Shown here in pieces: positions 19,084 through 27,896 of a stretch of 64,000 nt of DNA. The first letter of the stretch is position 1; each line of letters begins with the position of its first letter. Both the position numbers and the translations under genes were made by a program. The stretch lies in NCBI GenBank assembly GCA_963528615.1, contig CAURVB010000001.1, forward strand, positions 7,203 through 71,202, in the 5' to 3' direction. The DNA comes from an uncultured Candidatus Saccharibacteria bacterium. GTDB taxonomy: Bacteria > Patescibacteriota > Saccharimonadia > Saccharimonadales > Saccharimonadaceae. The notes under the pieces were generated by a model. That model ran no database searches. It was not told where the DNA came from and worked only from the letters and a program-made list of their open reading frames with translations.

Positions 19084-19114
19084 AAAAAGAGCCTCGCCGA
19101 TGAGGCTCTTTTTT
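19084..19114. terminator. Bidirectional intrinsic terminator after the pilin array
   Basis: AAAAAGAGCCTC-GCCGAT-GAGGCTCTTTTTT. Confidence 0.8.
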
Positions 19115-19120
19115 ATGGTC

Positions 19121-19151
19121 AAAAAATACCGCTACATGTTGGCGGTATTTT
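19121..19151. terminator. Second hairpin terminator (hsp20 3' end)
   Basis: AAAATACCGCTA...TGGCGGTATTTT. Confidence 0.7.
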
Positions 19152-19164
19152 ATTTTCGATGATT

Positions 19165-19650
19165 TTATAGAACCTGAATCTTTTTTGCTTTTTCTTGCTT
19201 TACTTTTTCAAAAGTGATTGTCAAAACGCCATCTTTCAATTCTGCCTTTACGCCTTCTTCGTTAACCGCGGTTGGTAGGGCTAATGTACGGCTAAATTCA
19301 CCCCAGTAACACTCTTGGATATGCCACTGGCGAACATCAGCTTCATCACCGCTTGATAGGGTGCCGCTGATTGTCAGGATACCGTCAGAAATACTGACGT
19401 CCAAATCGTTGCGGTCTACACCAGCAGTACGTGCTTTAATAATCAAATCATTTTCGGTTTCAAAGACGTCAACTGCCAACTGCCCCATCAAATCGTCAGC
19501 TTCATCTTCCCAATTGTCATCAGCTGCTACTGGGCCATTTGTGTTGGTAGTTTGAGGAGCTGGTAAATCTTGGTCGTCTCCACCAAGAAACGCCGCTGTT
19601 AGCTCGTCTTCTGCTGTTAGTAGTAGATCATCATCTTGCTTTCGGGCCAT
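19165..19650 (-). CDS. Hsp20/alpha-crystallin small heat-shock protein
   Basis: AVDVFET, ECYWGEFSRTLALP, A.LKDGVLTI; RBS GGAGG before ATG 19650. Confidence 0.9.
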   Translation of the reverse strand: MARKQDDDLLLTAEDELTAAFLGGDDQDLPAPQTTNTNGPVAADDNWEDEADDLMGQLAVDVFETENDLIIKARTAGVDRNDLDVSISDGILTISGTLSSGDEADVRQWHIQECYWGEFSRTLALPTAVNEEGVKAELKDGVLTITFEKVKQEKAKKIQVL

Positions 19651-19756
19651 AATTTCCTCCGCGTTTATAATAAGGCTCATTGACAATAGTCCCTACAAGT
19701 ATACCTGTAATGTGCGTTATAATCAACAGTGAGGGGTATAAAACGTAAAAAATACA

Positions 19757-20431
19757 ATGTTTGACGCGCTACTATCAATCATTGCTCCCCACTACTGTTA
19801 TAAGTGTGGTAAAACAGGGGGTATTTTATGTGTAGATTGTAAAAAATACATCATCAGTCAAAAATATAAAATATGTGTGTTTTGTGGTGAGCCAGTAAAA
19901 GACGGGAACTTGTGCCAAAATCATAATGTACCATGTGATATGGTCTGGTGTTTTGCGCGACGGACTGGGGCTGTTGCTAAAATAATTGATGATTATAAAT
20001 TTCGGCGTGTGCAGGCAGCGGCTGAAGTATTAAGTGATTTATTGGATGTAAAATTACCTCCGTTGCCGCCTGAGACGATTATCGTGCCGATTCCAACTAT
20101 TTCTCAAAACATTCGTCGTCGAGGTTTTGATCATATCCAAAAAATCGCTATTAAATTATCCAGGCGTCGAAAAGTAGACTGTCTTTTTCTTCTCCGTCGC
20201 CGCAATAACGTTACTCAGCATTTTACGAAGTCTTCTCGTCAGCGCCGCCGTCAGGCAAAGGATTTCTTCCAGTTAAGAGGTGTGATTGATAAAAATCGTC
20301 GATACATCATTATTGATGACATTTTTACGACTGGATCAACGGTAATGGCGGCGGCAGACTGCTTGAAAAAAGCTGGCGCTGAACGTGTAGAGGTTGCTGT
20401 GATTGCGCGGCACGGCCGCCCGAAGTTATAG
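19757..20431 (+). CDS. comF: ComF family competence phosphoribosyltransferase
   Basis: Double zinc ribbon CxxC motifs, RRGFDH, IIDDIFTTGST. Confidence 0.9.
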   Translation: MFDALLSIIAPHYCYKCGKTGGILCVDCKKYIISQKYKICVFCGEPVKDGNLCQNHNVPCDMVWCFARRTGAVAKIIDDYKFRRVQAAAEVLSDLLDVKLPPLPPETIIVPIPTISQNIRRRGFDHIQKIAIKLSRRRKVDCLFLLRRRNNVTQHFTKSSRQRRRQAKDFFQLRGVIDKNRRYIIIDDIFTTGSTVMAAADCLKKAGAERVEVAVIARHGRPKL

Positions 20432-20878
20432 GTGGTGATAATGGCTGCCCCGATGAATTTCCTGCGCACGGTACAGCTGCTCTGCCAGGATGAGACGGAC
20501 TAATTGATGCGGGAATACCAGTTTTGATAACGACCAAGTTACATTGGCTCGCTGGCGCATTTCATCGGTAACGCCGTAAGCCCCACCTATAATGAAGACA
20601 ATATGCTTATTGATGTGATTGCTAATTAAGTCTGATAATTCTGGTGATGATAAGTTTTTACCGCGTTCATCAAGCAAAATGACAAAATCATCTGAGCGCA
20701 GGCGACTGGATATACGCTCTGACTCCTCCTGGCGCGCCCTGTCGCCTTCAAAGCTTGAGTGTGGTAGAATTATCATCTCTGCGGCAAACGGCAGTCTCAG
20801 GCGCTCTAAAAAACGAAAAACGCCTGGTTGAATCCAGGGCTCGCTCTTTTTACCGATTGAGAGAATGGTTATTTTCAT
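20426..20878 (-). CDS. rlmH: 23S rRNA pseudouridine-1915 N3-methyltransferase
   Basis: LDERGK.LSS, FIIGGAYG, FPHQLVRLIL.EQLYRA..I..G..YH. Confidence 0.95.
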   Translation of the reverse strand: MKITILSIGKKSEPWIQPGVFRFLERLRLPFAAEMIILPHSSFEGDRARQEESERISSRLRSDDFVILLDERGKNLSSPELSDLISNHINKHIVFIIGGAYGVTDEMRQRANVTWSLSKLVFPHQLVRLILAEQLYRAQEIHRGSHYHHL

Positions 20879-20891
20879 CTTAGATTAATTG

Positions 20892-20979
20892 TGGCGGAGA
20901 GAGAGGGATTCGAACCCTCGATGAGTTGCCCCATACCGCTTTTCGAGAGCGGCCAGTTCAACCACTCCTGCATCTCTCC
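20892..20979 (-). tRNA. tRNA-Ser(CGA)
   Basis: Long variable arm, loop CTCGAAA, CCA end. Confidence 0.95.
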
Positions 20980-20991
20980 ATAAAGCTAATG

Positions 20992-21068
20992 TGGTACACC
21001 CGGCAAGATTCGAACTTACGACCTCTGGCTCCGCAAGCCAGCGCTCTATCCAGCTGAGCTACGGGTGC
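20992..21068 (-). tRNA. tRNA-Arg(GCG)
   Basis: Stem CTGGC/GCCAG with loop TTGCGGA; CCA end. Confidence 0.9.
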
Positions 21069-21176
21069 ATACAGCCTTTCGGAAACCCGATTGGCCATAA
21101 CAAAAATATAAGGTACCTTCGCCGCTACAAAGCATTGAACTCCTGTATTCTACCACATAAAATATGGTCAATCAAG

Positions 21177-21695
21177 CTATAGCTTTATTAGTCTAATGAA
21201 CTTTTCTAAGGTGTCGGGCTTGATTTCTTGCATTGGTAAACGTGCCCCCAACATGTCGACAATTTTTTCACCTTCTGCTTCAGAAAAATAAATAGTTAGT
21301 CCCGGAGAGAAGCGCTTGACTGGTAGTAGTAAAATAGAATGCTGGCCATTTTCATGCAGTAAACCAAAGGCGCGAAACTCGCTGAAGTCATGTAGTGTAT
21401 CAGCTATATAAATACCTTTTGGACTAATAGCGTAGTTGATGGTCTGAGGGTTCTTGTTTGACAAGACAAACAATGCCACCGCCATAATTGGCAGTAAGAT
21501 TGCAAAAGTCCAGTTCTGGAATACCAGAATTGCCAAAGCCATTAGTCCAGCTAGTACAATGGCAAAAAGTACATACCAAACCGCGCCACGCTGAACTCGC
21601 ACTCCCTCTGGTGCATTCCAGGCGATTGGTTCAGTCAAATCAATCCCATCTGATGGCGATGGTTTAAACTCTTGTGTCTCTGGACTGTCATTCAT
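21177..21695 (-). CDS. Conserved-looking hypothetical two-TM membrane protein
   Basis: 172-aa ORF, two TM helices followed by a beta-rich domain; -10 box just upstream. Confidence 0.65.
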   Translation of the reverse strand: MNDSPETQEFKPSPSDGIDLTEPIAWNAPEGVRVQRGAVWYVLFAIVLAGLMALAILVFQNWTFAILLPIMAVALFVLSNKNPQTINYAISPKGIYIADTLHDFSEFRAFGLLHENGQHSILLLPVKRFSPGLTIYFSEAEGEKIVDMLGARLPMQEIKPDTLEKFIRLIKL

Positions 21696-21730
21696 GATGT
21701 TAGTATATCATGAGCAGAATGAGCTAACAA

Positions 21731-22138
21731 TTAAACGTTAGTGGTTGATCCGCCGCTTAAAGCTGCGCCCAAGATAAAGTTAATAATTGCATAAGCGAAG
21801 ACTGCGACTAGCAAGCCAATAATTGCATATAAAATAGTGTTCTTTGCGTTCGTGACTGACTCTTTTTTACCACCAGAGATAACGTAGCGAAAACCACCAA
21901 AAATCAGCATAATTACGCTCAATACACCAACACCAAACAGCATAATGTTAATGCCACGTTTGACAATTGATGTGTCGCCGTTGATTAGATTGGTCGGTGT
22001 GTTGTCGCCACGTGCTGCGTTAACGCCAGCTGGCGCGCCACCTTCGCCGAGTGCAGAAACTGGAGTAGCTATCAAGGCTACGCCGAGTCCAATTGCGAAT
22101 AATCCTGTAATAATTTTAGAAACATAACTGTGTATCAT
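21731..22138 (-). CDS. TrbC/VirB2-like T4SS pilin 7 (separate from array)
   Basis: GGFRYVISGGKKESVTNAKNTILYAIIGL. Confidence 0.85.
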   Translation of the reverse strand: MIHSYVSKIITGLFAIGLGVALIATPVSALGEGGAPAGVNAARGDNTPTNLINGDTSIVKRGINIMLFGVGVLSVIMLIFGGFRYVISGGKKESVTNAKNTILYAIIGLLVAVFAYAIINFILGAALSGGSTTNV

Positions 22139-22210
22139 AATCCTATTATACCTTATTTATTCCAAAGCTGTTAATTGTCACACTTCTATGGTACACTAAA
22201 TAGTGAATTT

Positions 22211-22303
22211 GGAGGAGTACCCAAGTGGCTGAAGGGGACGGTTTGCTAAATCGTTAGTACGGAGAGATCTGTAGCGGGAGTTCGAATCTCCCCTCCTCCG
22301 CCA
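22211..22303 (+). tRNA. tRNA-Ser(GCT)
   Basis: Loop TTGCTAA, long variable arm, CCA. Confidence 0.95.
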
Positions 22304-22321
22304 AAATTCAAGGAGATAATT

Positions 22322-22411
22322 GGAAGGGTGACCGAGTGGTTGAAGGTACCGGTCTTGAAAACCGGCGTGCGGTAAAACGTACCGAGGGTTCGAATCCCTC
22401 CCCTTCCGCCA
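22322..22411 (+). tRNA. tRNA-Ser(TGA)
   Basis: Loop CTTGAAA, long variable arm, CCA. Confidence 0.95.
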
Positions 22412-22420
22412 TAATGACTA

Positions 22421-22446
22421 ATCCGCTGAGCAGAGCGGATATTTTT
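22421..22446 (+). terminator. Intrinsic terminator after the tRNA pair
   Basis: ATCCGCT-GAGCAG-AGCGGAT-ATTTTT. Confidence 0.7.
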
Positions 22447-22536
22447 ATGTTGTGAAATATACTTGACAAAAAACAAAGCTTATGCTAGTATAGTAGTTAG
22501 TATTCTAAAAAATAGATACCAAAAAGAAAGAAAAAT

Positions 22537-22893
22537 ATGAATTTAGTACAACAATTATTTACCACCGCAACCATGCTTGTGAGTCTGAGTACGGCGTTCG
22601 GCGTGTTGTTGCACGATACTAATATCGATAAAGCATTTTTATCATCTTGGAAACCGTACAGTGTTCAGGGAAATATCGAGGACGAGACGAAATTGCCAGA
22701 GACCAATCCTCATACTCACCCGGAGCATTCGCAGCTTTCTAATGTGCTAAAGGAAGGTTCGGCGCGACCACGGACTACGCCGCGCAGTAACGATAAAAAG
22801 CGATTACGCCAAAAATACGCTGCTCGTGGACAACATACTTTTGATGGGTATCATCTTAATCTTGACGCCGCTGGTTGTCCTATTTTAGGCTAA
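22537..22893 (+). CDS. Hypothetical protein with N-terminal hydrophobic helix
   Basis: 118-aa ORF, promoter TTGACA..TGCTAGTAT upstream. Confidence 0.6.
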   Translation: MNLVQQLFTTATMLVSLSTAFGVLLHDTNIDKAFLSSWKPYSVQGNIEDETKLPETNPHTHPEHSQLSNVLKEGSARPRTTPRSNDKKRLRQKYAARGQHTFDGYHLNLDAAGCPILG

Positions 22894-25447
22894 TTACTTC
22901 TAATTCTGCAACAAGTCGAGTGATAATTTTATCTTGCTCGGCTAGTTGCTGACGAGTTTCTTCAACAAGATGCGCTGGAGCCTTTTCGACGTAAGTCGGG
23001 TTATCAAGACGTTTCTGGAGACCTGTCAGCTTTTGGCGAGCTTCGGCTAGGCGTATTTCCAAGTTTTCTTGATGTTGATATAGGGTTTCACTGTCAATAT
23101 CCAACCATGCCTCCCTGTTTGCCACCGCCAACCTAAGGCCCCGTGGCTGGTCGGTGTGTGCAATTGACTCTAGGCGCATGAGGTGTTTGATGGTGTCTTG
23201 ATTATCAGCGATGAGGCTGTCATTACCGTATAGCAAGCGGTATTTTTTATTGCCCGGCAGTTCAGCGATCACCCAGCGGCCTTCGGCGACCAGCGTCTTC
23301 AGCTGCTCAAACTGCTCAGCAGCGATAGGGTCAAACTTTTCTGGGGTCGGCCAGTGGTCGTGCATTAAAATGCCGTCGGTGTAATTAAGCGTCTGCCAAA
23401 TCGTCTCGGTAACGAATGGCGTGAATGGATGAGCGATTTTCAAGCTAGTCGCCAGCGCCCAGGATAACAGCGGGCGGTTGATAGCGGTTTTTGATGATTC
23501 GATGTACCAATCGGCTAGGTCGTCCCAAATAGCGTGATAAACCGTGTCCGCAGCTTCAGAAAAGCGGTATTGCTCCAGGCGGACGGCAACGTTATTAGCG
23601 GCGTCGTTCAGCTGGCGGATAATCCAGTGGTCGGCCGGTGTCTGCGGCTCTAGGTCAACGATTTGGTGTTTATCGCCGATTTGCGCCTCGACGAAACGAG
23701 CGATATTCCACAGCTTATTACAGAAATTGCGAGCAGCAATGACTGCGCCCCGGTTGAAGGCTTGATGCTGAGCTGGCGCCCGACCGGCGATGATGCCCAT
23801 ACGGGTGGCGTCTGAGCCAAATTCTGAGACTAATTCCATTGGGTTGATGACATTACCTTTGGATTTGGACATTTTTTGATTGTGCTCATCATTGACCATG
23901 CCATGCAGATAGACGTCCTTGAACGGTAGTTTGCCGGTGCGGTACAGGCTGAGCATAATCATGCGCGCTACCCATGCCCGCATAATGTCCATGCCAGTTT
24001 CCATCAGGCTGGTTGGGAAATATTTGGCTAGTTCCCCGCCATTTAGGTAATCGGTAACGATGTACGGCCACTGTCCAGACGAAAACCAGGTGTCAAAGGT
24101 GTCCTCTTCCCTGATATATGTTGTACCATTTACAACTATCTTTCGTTCGTCAGTGTGGATGTTGAATATCCAATCGCGCGGGTCGCTTTCATTGACGAAT
24201 GCGGGAATCGGGATGCCCCACGGGATTTGCCGGGAGATATTCCAGTCTTTCAGTTGCTTGAGATAAGCGATGAGCTCTTTGCGCTTGGCGGCTGGATAAA
24301 AGGTAATCTCTTCCCTCTCTAAGGCTTCAATGGCTGGTTGAGCCAACGGCTGCATTTTAATAAACCACTGCTCCTTAACCATCGGCTCAATGACGCTGCC
24401 GCATTTGTAACAATGCCCGACGGCATGTTCAATGTCTGTTTCGCCGCGGCGCAGCTCCAGCGACTCCAAAGCCGCCAACACGCGAGTGCGGGCTTCTGCC
24501 GGCGTCAGGCCTAGGAATTGTGGCGGTACGTTGACCATCGTACCCTCTTGGCTGATGATTTGCTTGAGCGGCAGATGGTGGCGCTGGGCCATCTCGAAGT
24601 CGTTCGGGTCGTGCGCTGGCGTAATTTTCACCGCGCCAGTACCGTAATTCATATCGACGTACTCGTCGGCGATAATCGGGATTTCCTTATCAACAATTGG
24701 TAACAAAATTCGTGTACCAACTAGCTTTTTATATCGCTCATCGTCTGGATGGACGGCCACCGCTACGTCACCGAGCATGGTCTCTGGGCGAGTAGTGGCT
24801 ACGATAATTTCGCCAATTTTATCTAACGTCGGATAAGCGATTTGCCACAACTTCCCTTTTTCATTTTTATGCTCAACCTCGATGTCGGCGAAGCTGGTTT
24901 GGTGTTTGGTGCAGTAATTGACAATTCTCTCACCTCTGTAAATTAAATCGTCATCCCACATTTTCTTGAATGTGTCGTATACCGTGTTGATGACCTTATC
25001 ATCTAGGGTGAAGGTCAAATGTTGCCAGGATGCGCTGATACCTAGAGCGCGTAATTGCAGCTCCATGTTACCGCGTTTTTCTTGGACAAAATTCCAAACC
25101 TGACTATATAGTTGTTCCCTAGAGAAATCAAAGCGACTCTTTCCCTGCTTTGCTAGCTCTTTTTCATAGACAACCCATGTTTCGAAGCCAGCGTGATCAG
25201 CTCCAGGAATAAACACAGCATCGTCACCTTTCATGCGGTGATAACGGATAAGGATGTCTTTTAGATTCATGTCTAAGGCGTGACCAATATGCAAGTTGCC
25301 ATTAGCATTAGGCGGCGGCATCACGATAGAATATGGCCTGCCAACACCAGTCGGTTCTAGGGCGCCACTAGTCTCCCACATGGCGTAAATGTTTGGCTCG
25401 TAATCATTTGGTATGTATTGTTTGGCTAACTGCATAGATAATTCCAT
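22880..25447 (-). CDS. valS: Valine--tRNA ligase
   Basis: PPPN..G.LHIGH, ATTRPETMLGD, DWNISRQI.WG, DTWFSSG, KMSKS. Confidence 0.97.
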   Translation of the reverse strand: MELSMQLAKQYIPNDYEPNIYAMWETSGALEPTGVGRPYSIVMPPPNANGNLHIGHALDMNLKDILIRYHRMKGDDAVFIPGADHAGFETWVVYEKELAKQGKSRFDFSREQLYSQVWNFVQEKRGNMELQLRALGISASWQHLTFTLDDKVINTVYDTFKKMWDDDLIYRGERIVNYCTKHQTSFADIEVEHKNEKGKLWQIAYPTLDKIGEIIVATTRPETMLGDVAVAVHPDDERYKKLVGTRILLPIVDKEIPIIADEYVDMNYGTGAVKITPAHDPNDFEMAQRHHLPLKQIISQEGTMVNVPPQFLGLTPAEARTRVLAALESLELRRGETDIEHAVGHCYKCGSVIEPMVKEQWFIKMQPLAQPAIEALEREEITFYPAAKRKELIAYLKQLKDWNISRQIPWGIPIPAFVNESDPRDWIFNIHTDERKIVVNGTTYIREEDTFDTWFSSGQWPYIVTDYLNGGELAKYFPTSLMETGMDIMRAWVARMIMLSLYRTGKLPFKDVYLHGMVNDEHNQKMSKSKGNVINPMELVSEFGSDATRMGIIAGRAPAQHQAFNRGAVIAARNFCNKLWNIARFVEAQIGDKHQIVDLEPQTPADHWIIRQLNDAANNVAVRLEQYRFSEAADTVYHAIWDDLADWYIESSKTAINRPLLSWALATSLKIAHPFTPFVTETIWQTLNYTDGILMHDHWPTPEKFDPIAAEQFEQLKTLVAEGRWVIAELPGNKKYRLLYGNDSLIADNQDTIKHLMRLESIAHTDQPRGLRLAVANREAWLDIDSETLYQHQENLEIRLAEARQKLTGLQKRLDNPTYVEKAPAHLVEETRQQLAEQDKIITRLVAELEVISLK

Positions 25448-25597
25448 AATTTTTCATGTGAAAAAAGACAAAAGAAAATACAAGAACTTTTCACGTGTAA
25501 AAGCCCCTAATTATACTACCTTTAAATTTCTCCACATGTTTATATTACAGCTTAATTATATCACAGACCGCGGGAAGGAATGAAGTGGCAAAAGGGG

Positions 25598-26524
25598 TTA
25601 CTTTCTGATGGTTTGGTAGATTCGATAAAGCCAATATTGAAGTGGCTTCAGGGGTAGCTCCCAAGTTGCGCCAGAATAGACATCTTTACCGCCAAATGAT
25701 CGCTTGAACCTTGTAAAGCCAGCCCAAGGATGATTTTTTGGTGCATTTTCTGGAGCGATTCCATATAGGTCAATTTGGTCCATGTGGCGATGTTTTGCGT
25801 CAATGATAGCTTCAGTAAGCAGGGCAGTACCAGCGTTTAGCTTGCGATATTCTGGTGCAGATTCAGCAGCGGCATGTGCATAAATTCGTGTTGTTTTTGA
25901 GTCGAAAAATAGGGCAGTAGCAATTATTTTATCGTCGTATGTTGCATACCAAAAAGAAGCATCGTCACTAGGTAGCAGAGATTTCGCCTGTTTATGGAAA
26001 TATGAATCTGGGTGTGGTGACATGCCGGTTCGTTTGGCGACCTGATGAATTAATTTAAGGAAATATTTAATATTTTCTGGGTTTTGAGAATGTCGAACGG
26101 TAACGCCTTTTTTACGATAATTCCGATAATAATTTCTGACAGGTTGTGTCATGTTAGATATGATGTCATCTTCTGACGGCTGAAGGTCAATAATGTGAGA
26201 GTATTCTGGCTGTAGGTGTATGTAAGTGGCTTTTTTCCAGTGTTCGTCGGATAATACCTTAGAAAAATCTGGTTTGATTGGCCCGACTCTGAGAAATGTT
26301 ACGTCAAGTTTTTTGCCTAAATCAGTCAAGTTTTTTAGGGCTAATTTTAGACTCTCTTCATTGGTGGCAGTTGGGCCAAAAGGGCAATATAGGCGAGAGT
26401 TGCCGGTACCATATTCTAATATTGCGAAATATTCCCAATTTTCACCTCTGTTGTGAAATACTTTTTGTCCGAGTAATTCCTGAAATCTTTTCCAGGCGGT
26501 TGATTGTAAAAAATGTTGGTTCAT
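25598..26524 (-). CDS. FemABX family peptidoglycan bridge aminoacyltransferase
   Basis: HFLQS..W, DLYGI, W.GFTRFKRSFGG. Confidence 0.85.
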   Translation of the reverse strand: MNQHFLQSTAWKRFQELLGQKVFHNRGENWEYFAILEYGTGNSRLYCPFGPTATNEESLKLALKNLTDLGKKLDVTFLRVGPIKPDFSKVLSDEHWKKATYIHLQPEYSHIIDLQPSEDDIISNMTQPVRNYYRNYRKKGVTVRHSQNPENIKYFLKLIHQVAKRTGMSPHPDSYFHKQAKSLLPSDDASFWYATYDDKIIATALFFDSKTTRIYAHAAAESAPEYRKLNAGTALLTEAIIDAKHRHMDQIDLYGIAPENAPKNHPWAGFTRFKRSFGGKDVYSGATWELPLKPLQYWLYRIYQTIRK

Positions 26525-26542
26525 GTTGTAATCCTCACAACG

Positions 26543-27856
26543 TTAGATTGCTGTCATTGATAAACTTGGCTGGACTTCCAGGTCGTACGGGTCGGCGGGC
26601 TGGTCAATGCGGGCGCGGAAATAGCCGAGCGCGGCGATCATGGCGGCGTTGTCGGTGCAGAGCTGGATGGGCGCGTACTCGATGTCGATAGTCAGGGCGT
26701 GGCGCAATTGGCGGCGTAATTCTTGGTTGGCGGCGACGCCGCCGGCGATGACGACGGAGGCGGGCTGGAAATTGTCATAGGCTTTTTTAGTCTTATCGAC
26801 CAAGGTTTTAACGGCAGTGTACTGGAAACTGGCTGCCATATTATGTCTCAGTTCATCGTTTACTAGGGCAGGGAGCTCGTGCGACGGAAAGGTGAAGTCT
26901 TTGCCCACCTCGCGCTGAACGGTCCTCAGAACGGCTGTCTTGAGGCCAGAGAAGGAAAAATCATACTCACCGACGAGCTTGGCGATGGGCAGGTGAAAAG
27001 CGTGGGGATCACCGAGCTCGGCTGCTTTGGCGATGGCAGGGCCGCCAGGGTAGGGCAGGCCAATGATTTTGGCAACCTTATCGAACGCCTCGCCGACGGC
27101 GTCGTCTTGAGTCTGTCCAATGAGCTGGTAGTCGCCGTGATTTTGGAAAAGGACGAGCTGCGAATGTCCGCCAGAGACGATGAGGGCGAGGAGGGGGAAG
27201 GTGGGTTGATGGTTTGGCAGGATAAGGTTAAGGCAAGCTGGCGACCTCTCATCGGTGCCGATAGTTTTGCGGACGGCGCTGCCGGATGCATTCGGCGCAG
27301 AGGAGACGGTTGCCAGTTGCCGGCTAGAGGCAGGGACGTCTGTCTCGGAGCACTCTTTACGGGTGGCTTCGCCAGCCCGTGGCGTTCGGCTGACGGGGCT
27401 TGGCGCGCCCATCACAGCCTCTTCAAAGACGACTGCTGAGGTTGGCTCGACAGTTTTTGACTTATCAATAATATGGCGAGATCCTTGTTTTGTTACAAAA
27501 TTAGCGTACACATGCGCCTCGACATGGTGTATCTTGTAAAGCGGCTTATTGTGAATGATGGCGAGGGTGCGGGCGGCGAGGGTGCCGATGAGCAGCGAGC
27601 CGATCAGGCCAGGCGCGTAGGTGACGGCGATGGCGTCGATATCGTCCCAAGTGCAATCAGCATCAGACAAAGCTTTTTTAATGACCGGGTTGATAACTTC
27701 TAGGTGGCTGCGGGCGGCAATTTCCGGGATGACGCCGCCGTATTCGGCATGGATGTCGATTTGGGAATTGACCACATTAGAAAGCAAGCGTTCGCCGTCT
27801 TCAACGATCGCCGCCGCTGTTTCGTCGCAGCTGGACTCGATTCCCAAAATCCTCAT
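26543..27856 (-). CDS. tsaD: tRNA N6-threonylcarbamoyltransferase TsaD with ~85-aa in-frame insertion
   Basis: GIESSCDET, GGVIPEIAARSH, HHVEAH, VSGGH, DDAVGEAFDK, FSFSGLKT, CTDNAAMI. Confidence 0.95.
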   Translation of the reverse strand: MRILGIESSCDETAAAIVEDGERLLSNVVNSQIDIHAEYGGVIPEIAARSHLEVINPVIKKALSDADCTWDDIDAIAVTYAPGLIGSLLIGTLAARTLAIIHNKPLYKIHHVEAHVYANFVTKQGSRHIIDKSKTVEPTSAVVFEEAVMGAPSPVSRTPRAGEATRKECSETDVPASSRQLATVSSAPNASGSAVRKTIGTDERSPACLNLILPNHQPTFPLLALIVSGGHSQLVLFQNHGDYQLIGQTQDDAVGEAFDKVAKIIGLPYPGGPAIAKAAELGDPHAFHLPIAKLVGEYDFSFSGLKTAVLRTVQREVGKDFTFPSHELPALVNDELRHNMAASFQYTAVKTLVDKTKKAYDNFQPASVVIAGGVAANQELRRQLRHALTIDIEYAPIQLCTDNAAMIAALGYFRARIDQPADPYDLEVQPSLSMTAI

Positions 27857-27896
27857 TTGCTTTTATTATAGCAAATATAAGTGGTAAAATAGGGAC

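Noticed and set aside
27233..27490. Intein or group I intron in tsaD
   Set aside because: No N-terminal Cys/Ser block or His-Asn terminus; I could not identify group I core elements, and the fold favours the antisense strand.
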